Source: Candidatus Poseidoniaceae archaeon
Lineage (GTDB): Archaea; Thermoplasmatota; Poseidoniia; Poseidoniales; Poseidoniaceae
Reading direction: 5' to 3'
NCBI GenBank assembly: GCA_965662895.1
Contig: CBFIJH010000005.1
Coordinates: 1-64,000, forward strand
Length of the DNA stretch: 64,000 nt
Positions 30,968-40,674 of this stretch are shown piece after piece (positions within the stretch are counted from its first letter, which is position 1; each line of letters opens with the position of its first letter). A program made the translations under genes and the position numbers. The notes below the pieces were generated by a model that was not told where the DNA came from, did no database searches, and worked only from the letters and a program-made list of their open reading frames with translations.

Positions 30968-32665
30968 ATGTCATCGCACAGTGGATTTGACTCAGAAATG
31001 ATCGAAACGCTCGGTCCAGAATTGACGTTGTTTGTCGGTTTGCTTCTCATTATGATCGTTCCAAACCTCGGGAATGGGACCTTCCGCATACCTGGGACAT
31101 CCATTCGACTTCCATGGTTCCTCGGAGGAACACGGTACAAAGCAGTGGCTTCACCACGTTTGCCCGGTCTTCTCGCCGTGCTAACATTGGCCCTTGCATT
31201 GTTCCAAACGGTGTGGTACCTGATTGACGCGAATCCGGCCGATGGGAAGATCATCTCCAGTGAGAATATTGAAATCTTCAAAGTGAACATGTTCTCTCGT
31301 ATATTCGAAGCCATTTTCTTTGCAGCGTTGTTGTTGGCTGCCATCGCCTCACTCGACCGATTGCCCACAGGCTCTCAGAAAAGCGATGATATCGATGTCT
31401 TGTTCAACAACCGTCGCCAAGCAGATTTCTACATTTTGATGCTTACATCAGCGCTTGGAATGAGCGTTGTTGCACTCGCGCAAGACATGTTTGTCCTGTT
31501 TGTTGGACTCGAGGTTGCCTCCTTCTCAACTTACATTCTCGTCGCCTTTCACAAGGAAACCCGAGCAGGCTCAGAAGGTGGTGCCAAGTATTTCATCGTC
31601 GGATCTGTCGCCTCAGCGGTCGGTCTCTATGGTATGAGCATGCTCTACCTATGGGCGGGCTCAGCAGACGGTCAAGGCCTCCAATTCGATGCACTCGCTG
31701 CGAAGTGGGCTGAAGATGGTGCTACACCACTCAGCCTCATGGCGCTCGGATTTGTCCTCGTTGGATTTGCCTTCAAGATCAGTGCAGTTCCGTTCCACTT
31801 TGCAGCTCCGGATGCATATTCGGGTGCGAACAGTCCAGTCGCTGGTGTTCTCGCTACTGCAAGCAAAGCCATGGGAATGCTTGGGTTGATGCGTGTTCTG
31901 TTGATTATCACCGTTCCCGAGGCAGATGCAGATGGTTCCGCCATTTGGATTGGTCTTCTCGGTGTTCTCGCAGCGGTAACCATGACGTGGGGCAATATCG
32001 CAGCCCTCGGTAGTGAAAACCCAAAGCGTATGCTCGCTTACTCATCGGTTGCCCATGCAGGATACATGCTCGCAGCATTGACAGCCATCGGTGCTTGGAA
32101 TTGGGGATTGGTTGACAATGCTGGTGTAGCCATGGATGTTGTTGTTGCAGCGCTCCTCTTCCACATGTTCGTTTTGGTCTTCTTCAAACTCGGAGCCTTC
32201 CTTGTCCTTGGTGTCCTTGAAATGGAGGGTGGAGCATCTCGTCTCTCATCCCTTGCAGGACTCGGAAAGCGAGAGCCACTTCTTGCGGTCGCTATGTTCC
32301 TGTTCATGATCTCCCTTGCAGGTGTTCCTCCAATGGCTGGCTTCCTTTCGAAGTTGCTTGTCATCATGGGTATTGTTGAGGTTGCTACTGGAACAGGTTC
32401 ACTCTCCTCGATTGGTGATGCTCACTGGGTTTGGTGGCTTGCTTTACTGATGGTCATTAACAGCGCTATATCGATGTTCTACTATCTCCGTATCGGTGTT
32501 GTCATGTATTTCCATGAACCTGAAGAAGGACGTCGTGGGCCGCTTGCATCAGGGGCATCGATTCGTATCGCAATCGCACTTTGTGCGATTGGAACAGTTG
32601 CCTTTGGATTGGTGGGTGGCGAACTTATTGATCTATGCAGAGATGCTGCTGAATCACTTCGCTAA
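30968..32665 (+). CDS. nuoN: complex I subunit N
   Basis: EGGAKYF, FKISAVPFH..PDAY.G, KRMLAYSSVAHAGY, SLAGVPP.AGF..K. Confidence 0.96.
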   Translation: MSSHSGFDSEMIETLGPELTLFVGLLLIMIVPNLGNGTFRIPGTSIRLPWFLGGTRYKAVASPRLPGLLAVLTLALALFQTVWYLIDANPADGKIISSENIEIFKVNMFSRIFEAIFFAALLLAAIASLDRLPTGSQKSDDIDVLFNNRRQADFYILMLTSALGMSVVALAQDMFVLFVGLEVASFSTYILVAFHKETRAGSEGGAKYFIVGSVASAVGLYGMSMLYLWAGSADGQGLQFDALAAKWAEDGATPLSLMALGFVLVGFAFKISAVPFHFAAPDAYSGANSPVAGVLATASKAMGMLGLMRVLLIITVPEADADGSAIWIGLLGVLAAVTMTWGNIAALGSENPKRMLAYSSVAHAGYMLAALTAIGAWNWGLVDNAGVAMDVVVAALLFHMFVLVFFKLGAFLVLGVLEMEGGASRLSSLAGLGKREPLLAVAMFLFMISLAGVPPMAGFLSKLLVIMGIVEVATGTGSLSSIGDAHWVWWLALLMVINSAISMFYYLRIGVVMYFHEPEEGRRGPLASGASIRIAIALCAIGTVAFGLVGGELIDLCRDAAESLR

Positions 32666-32717
32666 GAAGGGGCGACTTCAAGAGGGGTTGACCTTTCGTA
32701 GTACCTGGTGAGACTCA

Positions 32718-33404
32718 ATGGGACGACGTCATGAGGAAAAGGTGGACGAGGAAGAACTCGCTCGCTTGGAAAATCCTGAGGGGTCACCTGGAAAGATTCG
32801 AGTTAAACTTCCAAACAATGGAAAATCCAAGGGTGAGCTTGGCTACAAGGGCGAAATGTTTGCGCTTGCTGAAGAAATCCTTGGCGGTCGACGCGTTACT
32901 GTCCTCTGTGCGGATGGGAAGACACGAATGGCTCGAATTCCAGGAAAAATGCGACGCCGTCAATGGGTTCGCGAAGGTGATTTGATCATTGTCTGGCCCT
33001 GGGATTTTCAAGATTCAAAAGCTGACGTGAAACACCGTTACACAAAAACGCAGGCGATGTACCTCTCCCGAAAACAGGTTCTACCGGATGTTGTCGATAT
33101 GTTCGGTATGAACTCTCGAGTTGATGATGATGACACAGGCGATGATTTGTTTGGTCTTTCTGATGCACCTGAAGAGGTCATGGAAGACAACGATGTCGAC
33201 GATGTGTTTGGTTCAGACGATGATGACGATGTCGACGATATGTTTGGCTCGGATGATGATGACGATGACGTCGATGACATGTTTGGCTCAGATGACGAAC
33301 AAGAAATCGTTGAACAACCACCTGCTCCACAAGCGATGCCTGAGCCTGAGCCACTCGATGATGACGACGATGATGACGATGATATCGACGCTTTGTTCGC
33401 TTAA
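32718..33404 (+). CDS. eif1a: translation initiation factor aIF-1A with long acidic C-terminal tail
   Basis: LGGRRVTVLCADGKTRMARIPGKMRRRQWVREGDLIIVWPWDFQ. Confidence 0.95.
   Translation: MGRRHEEKVDEEELARLENPEGSPGKIRVKLPNNGKSKGELGYKGEMFALAEEILGGRRVTVLCADGKTRMARIPGKMRRRQWVREGDLIIVWPWDFQDSKADVKHRYTKTQAMYLSRKQVLPDVVDMFGMNSRVDDDDTGDDLFGLSDAPEEVMEDNDVDDVFGSDDDDDVDDMFGSDDDDDDVDDMFGSDDEQEIVEQPPAPQAMPEPEPLDDDDDDDDDIDALFA
33192..33297 (+). repeat. three tandem in-frame copies of DVDD(V/M)FGSDD
   Basis: GA(T/C)GTCGA(C/T)GA(T/C)(G/A)TGTTTGG(T/C)TC(A/G)GA repeated three times. Confidence 0.85.
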
Positions 33405-33458
33405 TTGGCAAAGGGTTGAAGTTTATCAAAAGCAAATCGAGGCTTGAGGGGCATTCAC

Positions 33459-34457
33459 ATGGCACGTTCTGGTGACGATTGGGATGAACTCACTGAGCGA
33501 ACACGTCAACGAAAGCAAACACGACGTAAGCGCAACAAACGTCAGCGCTCCAAAGAAGAGCAAGCTGACGACGATTATGAAGATCAGCACACTTCAAAAT
33601 TCATCTCTGATTTGGCCAAGAAAGACAGTCAATACAATTGGATGAAAGATGAAAAGAACAAGCGTATGTTCAAGAAAATCGAGAATCGAATTCAGGGAGC
33701 GCTCGGAACTGGAACTTACGATTGGGTTGATCGACGAGTTTTCGATCAGGTCTTCGATCGACTTACGCTCATGTCCTTGTACAAATTGATGAATGGTGGT
33801 GCTCTTGATACACTTGATTTTCCCGTCGCCCGTGGGAAGGAGGCACACGTTTTCCATGGAACGGATCCAAATGGGAAAAGTGTCGCAGTGAAAATTTTCC
33901 ACACATCCAATGCCGTCTTCAAGAATTTGATGCAATACATCGAGGGCGACCCGCGATTTGGCGGTCTACGTCGAAGACATCGAGATTTGGTCGACATTTG
34001 GGTCCGGAAAGAGCATCGAAATTTGATGCGACTCCATCGATGGGGCCTACCTGTTCCCCAACCTCTCGCCATCCAAAAGAACGTCCTAATAATGGATTAT
34101 TTAGGAACCGAATCGCACCCCTCTCCAAAGTTACGTGATGTACAGATTGAAAACCCTCTACCAGTTTACGAAGAGATGCTTGAATTTGTCGCGGTATCTT
34201 GGCAAAAAGCAGAATTGGTTCATGGCGATTTTTCACCCTTCAACATCTTGTGGCATGGAAATGCCCCGGTAGTCATCGATGTTGGCCAAGGCGTGATTCA
34301 ACATCATCCAAAAGCAAAAGAATTCCTCGTTCGGGATGTAACTCGCCTCGTGGAATGGGCGAAGAAGAATGGAATCGATGTCGAACTTGCCGATGCAATG
34401 TACGATGTTCTTGAAATGGATTTATCCCACGTCGTTGAGCGAGTCGAAGAAGAGTGA
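33459..34457 (+). CDS. rio1: RIO1-family atypical Ser/Thr kinase
   Basis: RGKEAHVF, VAVKIF, YIEGDPRF, VHGDFSPFNIL, IDVGQ; directly after aIF-1A. Confidence 0.95.
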   Translation: MARSGDDWDELTERTRQRKQTRRKRNKRQRSKEEQADDDYEDQHTSKFISDLAKKDSQYNWMKDEKNKRMFKKIENRIQGALGTGTYDWVDRRVFDQVFDRLTLMSLYKLMNGGALDTLDFPVARGKEAHVFHGTDPNGKSVAVKIFHTSNAVFKNLMQYIEGDPRFGGLRRRHRDLVDIWVRKEHRNLMRLHRWGLPVPQPLAIQKNVLIMDYLGTESHPSPKLRDVQIENPLPVYEEMLEFVAVSWQKAELVHGDFSPFNILWHGNAPVVIDVGQGVIQHHPKAKEFLVRDVTRLVEWAKKNGIDVELADAMYDVLEMDLSHVVERVEEE

Positions 34458-34458
34458 A

Positions 34459-35202
34459 CTATTCCTCTTCCCAAGTGACAGATTCATCATCCGCCATCTC
34501 CATCATTGCATCGACTGCCTCATCATCATCGGGATCGACTTGACTTGCCCGTAGACGCCGTTCTTTCCGTTCAGAAACCTTCGCAAGACCGGGAACCAGA
34601 CCGTCAAACCCATCGCTACGACCGGTGTCTTGACGTGTTTCGACGTAATCAAGAGAGCGATTCTCAAATTTCATTCGTTTTCGGTTACGTTCAAGGAATG
34701 AAAGGACGCTTCCGTGTTCGGAGCCACCTGCAATCATCTCCACTGCTTGACGAGCAAGTGCTAACCCGTCTGCATCGCCAACCAACACAACCGTCGATTT
34801 GTAGATTGTAATTTCAACATCGGTGAGATTTTCGATCAGTCGCCGAATCTTTCCTTGACTTCCGATGATTCGTGCACGAATCCGGCGTTGTTGTTGGGAG
34901 CGTTTGCCAACAAAATCTTTCAAATCAACCATTTCAAAGAAATTGTCATCATCAAGCAATCGAATCGCCGCCTTTGGTGCCATTCCTCTTCCTATTGCTT
35001 TGATAACATCTGGAAATTTCATCGCCTTGATTGGGTCATACGTTCCAGGCTCACCCCATACAACATCAACGTCTCCAGATTCGGAATCGATGTGAAATTC
35101 AAGAGCGCCAGAGGCTTCACGGAGTGCTTTCGCAGTTGTTCCTTTTGAGCCAATAAGGACAGCAATTCGGTCCTTGGGGATACGTGGTAGGCCTTGTCGC
35201 AT
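34459..35202 (-). CDS. KH-domain rRNA-processing protein (Dim2/Pno1)
   Basis: IPKDRIAVLIG, KAIGRG, RIIGSQGK, GSEHGSV. Confidence 0.92.
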   Translation of the reverse strand: MRQGLPRIPKDRIAVLIGSKGTTAKALREASGALEFHIDSESGDVDVVWGEPGTYDPIKAMKFPDVIKAIGRGMAPKAAIRLLDDDNFFEMVDLKDFVGKRSQQQRRIRARIIGSQGKIRRLIENLTDVEITIYKSTVVLVGDADGLALARQAVEMIAGGSEHGSVLSFLERNRKRMKFENRSLDYVETRQDTGRSDGFDGLVPGLAKVSERKERRLRASQVDPDDDEAVDAMMEMADDESVTWEEE

Positions 35203-35228
35203 TGTTAGTTGCCTCACGCCACTCTTTT

Positions 35229-37061
35229 TCAATCTCGTTGTTGAAGCAATGCAACAACAAAACCAGCACAAATGAGCGCAGAGATTGTTGGAGCAAAGGA
35301 TGGAACGAGACCGGGGCTGGAAACATCAGCACCAGTAACAACCATGTAGTGATCGTTGTTGATCTCGCTGTTCTCATCGATAACGTTGGTTGGATCGATA
35401 CGAACACGGAGGTCATATTGACCACTGTTGGGTACAGTGTACGACCATTCAATGGTCTCCACACCATCGCCAAGCGAACCGGCTGGAAGTGTTTGAACGT
35501 TCATGACCGTCCATTGCGTTGTTGCACTCCGGTCTGCAGGTGCAGCCTCAAGACTAACCACAACGGCACCTGCATAGATTTGGTTGGATACGAGCTGGCC
35601 AGTTATGGTCACGTTTCCGAAGGTTTCTCCAGGTCGAACCACCAAGCGATCAACATCAGTGGCAGTTGCATTCCAAGACAAATCGAGTCCCGGCATGACT
35701 TGGAAGGCTTGAGGAACGGTTGTTTCAGTGTTTCCTGCCTCATCGGCAATCGTTGCCCGTAACATGAGATATTGACGAGATTTTGTTGCCCAATTGGCCA
35801 TTGCTAGTCCACGATCCAGACCAGAGCCAGGGAGTTCCAACCACTGACCAGAAAGGTCGGGGGTTAATCCTACACCATTGCTATCGAATCCATACTGCAA
35901 TGAAGCAGCACCCACATCGATTCCTGAAAGCAAATCGTAGGTTGAATACGAAATATTCGCAGTTCCAATCAGGCTTGTTGTCAATGGATCGACAGTCCAA
36001 CCAACAAGTTCAGGCAACGATGTATCGACACGAACAGTTTCCGTTATCGTGTTTCCAACATTACCGACTCGGTCCGTCGCACGCAGAGAAATGGTGTGGT
36101 TCCCTTCAGTCAGTACAAGGGTATGAGAATTGCTCGTAAGCGAGGTCCAAGCGCCCCCATCTGTTTGCAACTCAACGAACTCTACACCGCTTCCTGATCC
36201 ATCGTTTGCTGCATCAAGAATTCCATTGATGGTGATTGAATTCGATGACTGCCACGAATTTCCGTTGCCAATGGATACGGAATTTATGGACGGACCAGTT
36301 CGGTCAATTCCAATAAAAATCGTCTCCGATGAACTCAGACCTGAGTCGTCAAAGACCGTAAGTCGCGGGTTCCAAGTACCTTCTGAGAATGCACCGGTGC
36401 TCCAATCCCAACCGTATGCTAAGGAAGTGGGCCCATCGGTTGCAGGCGATCCAGGGCCGGGAACATTTTGCAAAGTTGCTCGAGAAAAATCATCATCTGA
36501 TATTCCGTATCTGAATTCAATTGTGGCGGATTGGCTAACATTGAACCATGCCCGGTCCGAACTTGCCGTTCCTGTTCCTACGTCAGGGGAGAGAACGGTA
36601 AACGCAGTGATGACAGGAACTTGGTTGGCGATGGTGAATTCCTCACTTGTCGTCACTGTGGTATCGCTGACATCAGAATCCCACCCCGTAGCCCGGAGTG
36701 TGTAGGATCCGTTCGTGTACGCATTTGAATCGAAATTGAACAACCAAGGAGATCCGGTTAGGTTGGTTAGCGTTGCATAAGCGTCTCCTACTTCGGCAAT
36801 CTCGACCAAGATTGAATCGATTGTTCCCGTTCCAGAAATACTGAAACTGACTGTTTTCAATCCTGTAACAGATTCGTCTTCAACCGGTCCGTTTGAGAAG
36901 GTAATGGTCGCTGAGGAAGCACGCATTGGCTCCTGTTCCACATCAAGATGAGTTGTCACAGGTAGTGAAACGGAGACCATAGAAAGGAGGAGGAAGGTAA
37001 CAAGACTCACAGCCGTAACCCTTCCTCCCATGCTTTCCTTAGGTTTGCGACCATCCTTCAA
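35229..37061 (-). CDS. surface protein with Ig-like and CARDB domains and C-terminal hydrophobic anchor
   Basis: signal peptide; IDRTGP, RATDRVGN Ig-like motifs; IDPTNVIDENSEINND; VPSF + TM. Confidence 0.8.
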   Translation of the reverse strand: MKDGRKPKESMGGRVTAVSLVTFLLLSMVSVSLPVTTHLDVEQEPMRASSATITFSNGPVEDESVTGLKTVSFSISGTGTIDSILVEIAEVGDAYATLTNLTGSPWLFNFDSNAYTNGSYTLRATGWDSDVSDTTVTTSEEFTIANQVPVITAFTVLSPDVGTGTASSDRAWFNVSQSATIEFRYGISDDDFSRATLQNVPGPGSPATDGPTSLAYGWDWSTGAFSEGTWNPRLTVFDDSGLSSSETIFIGIDRTGPSINSVSIGNGNSWQSSNSITINGILDAANDGSGSGVEFVELQTDGGAWTSLTSNSHTLVLTEGNHTISLRATDRVGNVGNTITETVRVDTSLPELVGWTVDPLTTSLIGTANISYSTYDLLSGIDVGAASLQYGFDSNGVGLTPDLSGQWLELPGSGLDRGLAMANWATKSRQYLMLRATIADEAGNTETTVPQAFQVMPGLDLSWNATATDVDRLVVRPGETFGNVTITGQLVSNQIYAGAVVVSLEAAPADRSATTQWTVMNVQTLPAGSLGDGVETIEWSYTVPNSGQYDLRVRIDPTNVIDENSEINNDHYMVVTGADVSSPGLVPSFAPTISALICAGFVVALLQQRD

Positions 37062-37147
37062 ATCTCCCCTTCATCCATGGGAATTTCAGGTGTCTTATGG
37101 GGTTCTGACCAGATGGGTTCAAGTGCTTTGCATGTCGTCGAATTATC

Positions 37148-39964
37148 ATGGCGAGAGGGGCATTTGCGGTAAGTTGCGTTCTTCTGATGCTGACATCTCT
37201 TGTGGTGGTACCAGCGAGTTCCTACGATAGCAACGGCGTCCAGGCTTCAGAACAGAGTCTGAGTATCCTTCCATCAAGTCCAACCGAAGGTGGGTCAGTC
37301 ACAGTTTCTTTGGCCTTGCAAAATACAAACTCTCAGCTTGCTGCAAACGTCGAGTATTCTTTTTACGCAAATGGTGTCTCAGATAATACGAAGCTCTGGG
37401 CTTCGACAGTGAACATTCCTGCAGATAATGTATCAATAGTTTCCACAACTTGGGATGGCTTACCAGTTGGAGAAAACAAAGTGTTTGTGACCTACTCATA
37501 CAACAATGGGCCTGAACACCAATTTTGGAAGTCGTTTACTGTACAAGGTCTTCCAAGTTTGCACATCGTTGAATCGACAATGACTCCTTCGTCTGGTATA
37601 CACGCCGGAGATACAATCGAACTCAACACCAAAGTTGCAAACCTTGGAAGCGTTGATGCATCCGCGTCGAATCTTGGAATCAATTATCCTGGTTCGATAA
37701 GCGACGTTGAACTCCCAACCGATGCACTTGCAGCTGGTGCTGAAGTTTGGGTCAATACAATATTTATCGCTCCATCAACCGGATCTTATGACATCATCTT
37801 GACGCCTGACGTGAACGATGTAATTCTCGAATCCTCTGAACAGGGCAAAGAATCAACCGTATCGCTCATCGTCGAGCCTCGAATGGATTTGTCACATGTG
37901 GGCGACTTGAGTATCGTGTCCACAGAAGGTTCCTTGATTGGCCCTTGGACAATCTCTGGCGTTCTTGCACGGGAATCTGGTGAAGAGACTTCCACGGTTC
38001 CCATGGTATTGGAATTTAGGGAAGGTGCATCTCTTGTTCGTCCCTTGCAAATCTTCGAAGTTGACATTTCGGGCACGGGCTACAGTACAGAGGCATGGAC
38101 CACCAGCATCACAAGCACAGACATCGCAGGATTGCCAACAGGGCAATACACGCTCGCAGCAGTTATCGATCCATACGATTCCGGAACGTTCATACAAGAA
38201 AATACAGACAACGACGAACTCATAACAACATTTTCTTTACCCGAAATACCTGATGTTTTCATCGATCCTCTTGCTTTGGCAAACCGGACGACTGTTGGCG
38301 CCGGGGATTTTGTTGATTGGTCGATGACGGCAACAAACACAGGTGACGTTGCCGTTTCTGGGACGTTTGTCTACACGTGGGAAGAACAGAGTTTTGAATC
38401 GCCATTGATTCTTCTCAATCCTGGACAGATTTACACCTACACGACTTCACATGGTACCAACAGTGGCCAACACACTGCAATTTTGGATGCGGAATGGAAA
38501 GCATCGACGGGGTCGTACGATCGTGTGCCTACAAACAGCGTTGCAACAGGCGAAGTCTTGGTTGAAGCAAATTTGCAATTGGATTGGGACAGCGACTCGA
38601 TGGTACTGCTCGATGAGGGTGGAGAAGCTGCTACATTCCCTCTCGAATCTGGTGAGAAATACACCATGACACTCGATGTTCGATCGACTCGCGGCACAGG
38701 TGATGTGACGTTCACATGCAAGAACAGTCAAACCACATGGGGGACGACGGATGTCAGCATTGAGAATCCCGGGGATCGCGCTGAAATCTCGTGCACATTC
38801 ACTGCATCAGGAAAGATGTCGATTTTACAACTTGTACCATCCGACCCAATGGTTGCGAACACATACGAGCGCTCTTTTTCCACTGCGCTCATCGAAGGCG
38901 ATGGTGCAAACGGTGGAACCTCCAACGGTACAGGAACTGCTCTTCTCATGTTTGTCGGCGCACTTGCATTGATTGGTGTACTCGTAGGAGCGATTCTTCT
39001 CACTCGTGAGAGAGAAGAAGAGGTTGAACGTGACATTTTCAATTATTGCCCTGCTTGCGATGGAGAACTTGAAGGTGATGAGAACCGTTGCCCACATTGT
39101 TCCTTCAATCTTCGAAAAGCTCGCTCGCAATTCCACGACTGTCATGAGTGTGGTGAATCCATACCCGATCTTATGGAAAATTGTGCATACTGTGGTGCTG
39201 AACAAGATGTCTCTTCCTTCTTTGAACGCAGAGAACGACGTGTTCGTGAGGTTCCGGAGGAGAAAGAGCTCGTCTCACTGCCTGAGGAAGATGAGAATGA
39301 GATTGTTACCGGTACTGAGGACTTTGCGACTGCGGTCAAAGAATTTGGCTTTGACGAATCAAATCTCGAAGATGAGTGGGATGAGAATGTTGTAGCAGCA
39401 GAAGAAGAAGTTACAGCAGCCTATGATTCACGCAATGCAGACGAAATAGCGATGGAAGACATGACTGAAGAAGAGATTGAGGCCATGCAAAACCAAATTG
39501 TTACGACCTTGAAGACGATTGAAGAGTCGTTTGAAGGGCACAATTTGGATGCGTTCTTGCCATCAAAGGAAGAGATGAAATCGCTCAAGGATGATGGTAA
39601 AGACAAAGATGGAGCTGCATGGACAACACTGTCGGCAAGTGATGCGGAAATTCGCGGTGATCTGTACGAATTAACCGGTGAAGAAGGTGTGATGCCGGGT
39701 GAGAAGGTGAATGTTGGAATGGGGATTACAGACAGTTCCCTTGCAGGAAATGAAATCAAAGAAGCCAGTGCAGACTTTGCATTTGAAGACGACACTGAGT
39801 TGCCACTTACTGTTGAAGACGGTGACAAAGCAGTCACAAAACCACGTCGTCGACCTCGCCGAAAGCGAGAACCTGAAGTTCAAACAGCGGATTGTGGCGC
39901 ATGTGGCGCTGTCATCCCCGCCGATGCCAAAGAATGCGCAACGTGCGGTGCAAAGTTCGAATGA
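37148..39964 (+). CDS. CARDB-domain surface protein, TM, cytoplasmic double Zn ribbon, acidic region and terminal Zn ribbon
   Basis: VANLGSVDA, IDPY...QENTDND; CPAC/CPHC/CHEC/CAYC; CGAC...CATC. Confidence 0.85.
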   Translation: MARGAFAVSCVLLMLTSLVVVPASSYDSNGVQASEQSLSILPSSPTEGGSVTVSLALQNTNSQLAANVEYSFYANGVSDNTKLWASTVNIPADNVSIVSTTWDGLPVGENKVFVTYSYNNGPEHQFWKSFTVQGLPSLHIVESTMTPSSGIHAGDTIELNTKVANLGSVDASASNLGINYPGSISDVELPTDALAAGAEVWVNTIFIAPSTGSYDIILTPDVNDVILESSEQGKESTVSLIVEPRMDLSHVGDLSIVSTEGSLIGPWTISGVLARESGEETSTVPMVLEFREGASLVRPLQIFEVDISGTGYSTEAWTTSITSTDIAGLPTGQYTLAAVIDPYDSGTFIQENTDNDELITTFSLPEIPDVFIDPLALANRTTVGAGDFVDWSMTATNTGDVAVSGTFVYTWEEQSFESPLILLNPGQIYTYTTSHGTNSGQHTAILDAEWKASTGSYDRVPTNSVATGEVLVEANLQLDWDSDSMVLLDEGGEAATFPLESGEKYTMTLDVRSTRGTGDVTFTCKNSQTTWGTTDVSIENPGDRAEISCTFTASGKMSILQLVPSDPMVANTYERSFSTALIEGDGANGGTSNGTGTALLMFVGALALIGVLVGAILLTREREEEVERDIFNYCPACDGELEGDENRCPHCSFNLRKARSQFHDCHECGESIPDLMENCAYCGAEQDVSSFFERRERRVREVPEEKELVSLPEEDENEIVTGTEDFATAVKEFGFDESNLEDEWDENVVAAEEEVTAAYDSRNADEIAMEDMTEEEIEAMQNQIVTTLKTIEESFEGHNLDAFLPSKEEMKSLKDDGKDKDGAAWTTLSASDAEIRGDLYELTGEEGVMPGEKVNVGMGITDSSLAGNEIKEASADFAFEDDTELPLTVEDGDKAVTKPRRRPRRKREPEVQTADCGACGAVIPADAKECATCGAKFE

Positions 39965-39965
39965 T

Positions 39966-40037
39966 TGTTGCCTGTCAGCACTCATAGGGTTCGTCATCGC
40001 TTGCGCTCGGAGTCAATGTTGCGTCATTCAGGCAACA
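39966..40037 (-). ncRNA. box C/D guide sRNA, predicted to direct Cm34 of elongator pre-tRNA-Met (sR-tMet-like)
   Basis: minus strand: 9-bp terminal stem, C AUGACGC, D' CCGA, GC-GCAA-GC hairpin, C' AUGACGA, D CUGA; D guide ACCCUAUGAGUG is complementary to CACUCAUAGGGU; TTCAAA box upstream. Confidence 0.85.
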
Positions 40038-40104
40038 TCAATGAATCGCATCCTTCGTTTGAACGCTTCCCTGTGATGGGGTGATTTTCATATCATTGAG
40101 TTGA

Positions 40105-40674
40105 TTGGCTGTGTTCATGCAGCAGAGGTTATTGACGGTCTTTGTGGCCCTCTCTATGCTGCTCTTATCTGCATCGGGTTGTATTGGGTTGCTCCAAGGA
40201 AGAGAGTACATGGAGCATCTTCGCGGTGATGTTCAACAGGCTACATCGATTGAGACGACGGTTGTCGAGCATGCATTTACCAACGCTGAAATAAATGTTG
40301 AATGGAACGAGAGGTTTACGGTCGATTCCGAAGTTACAAAGATTGGCGTTTATTTCAAAACTGAGATGGCAGGCGAAATTATTCGAGAAATCTTCCCTGA
40401 TTTCTTTGACTTGCGGGAAATAAAAGTTGAGATAAAAGATCCCACTGGTGCACTGAAATACAATGCTACTCATGGAACAACAAAAACTGCCCCATACGCT
40501 TTGATTGAACCCGAGTTTGATGGGGAGTTCGTCTCCGGTGAATGGAACATCAACATCGTTGGTACCGGAGGAGGCGTCCTTACTGAGCAAGACAATTTCT
40601 TGGTCAGTGTTGATGTGACAAGAACGTGCACATTGTATCCACAAGATGACGGTCGTTGTGTTGTTGACAACTAG
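40105..40674 (+). CDS. putative lipoprotein (start probably ATG 40117)
   Basis: hydrophobic N-terminus ending ASGC lipobox-like; P/PPC-like 'VEIKDPTG...GEWNI'. Confidence 0.7.
   Translation: MAVFMQQRLLTVFVALSMLLLSASGCIGLLQGREYMEHLRGDVQQATSIETTVVEHAFTNAEINVEWNERFTVDSEVTKIGVYFKTEMAGEIIREIFPDFFDLREIKVEIKDPTGALKYNATHGTTKTAPYALIEPEFDGEFVSGEWNINIVGTGGGVLTEQDNFLVSVDVTRTCTLYPQDDGRCVVDN

Noticed and set aside
33120-33390. Repeat array / CRISPR-like periodicity
   Set aside because: Repeats are in-frame codons of the aIF-1A acidic tail with synonymous variation and no unique spacers
39975-39994. Plus-strand CAGCACTCATAGGGTTCG resembling a tRNA-Met anticodon arm
   Set aside because: No acceptor stem, D or T arm; it is explained as the complement of the minus-strand C/D guide
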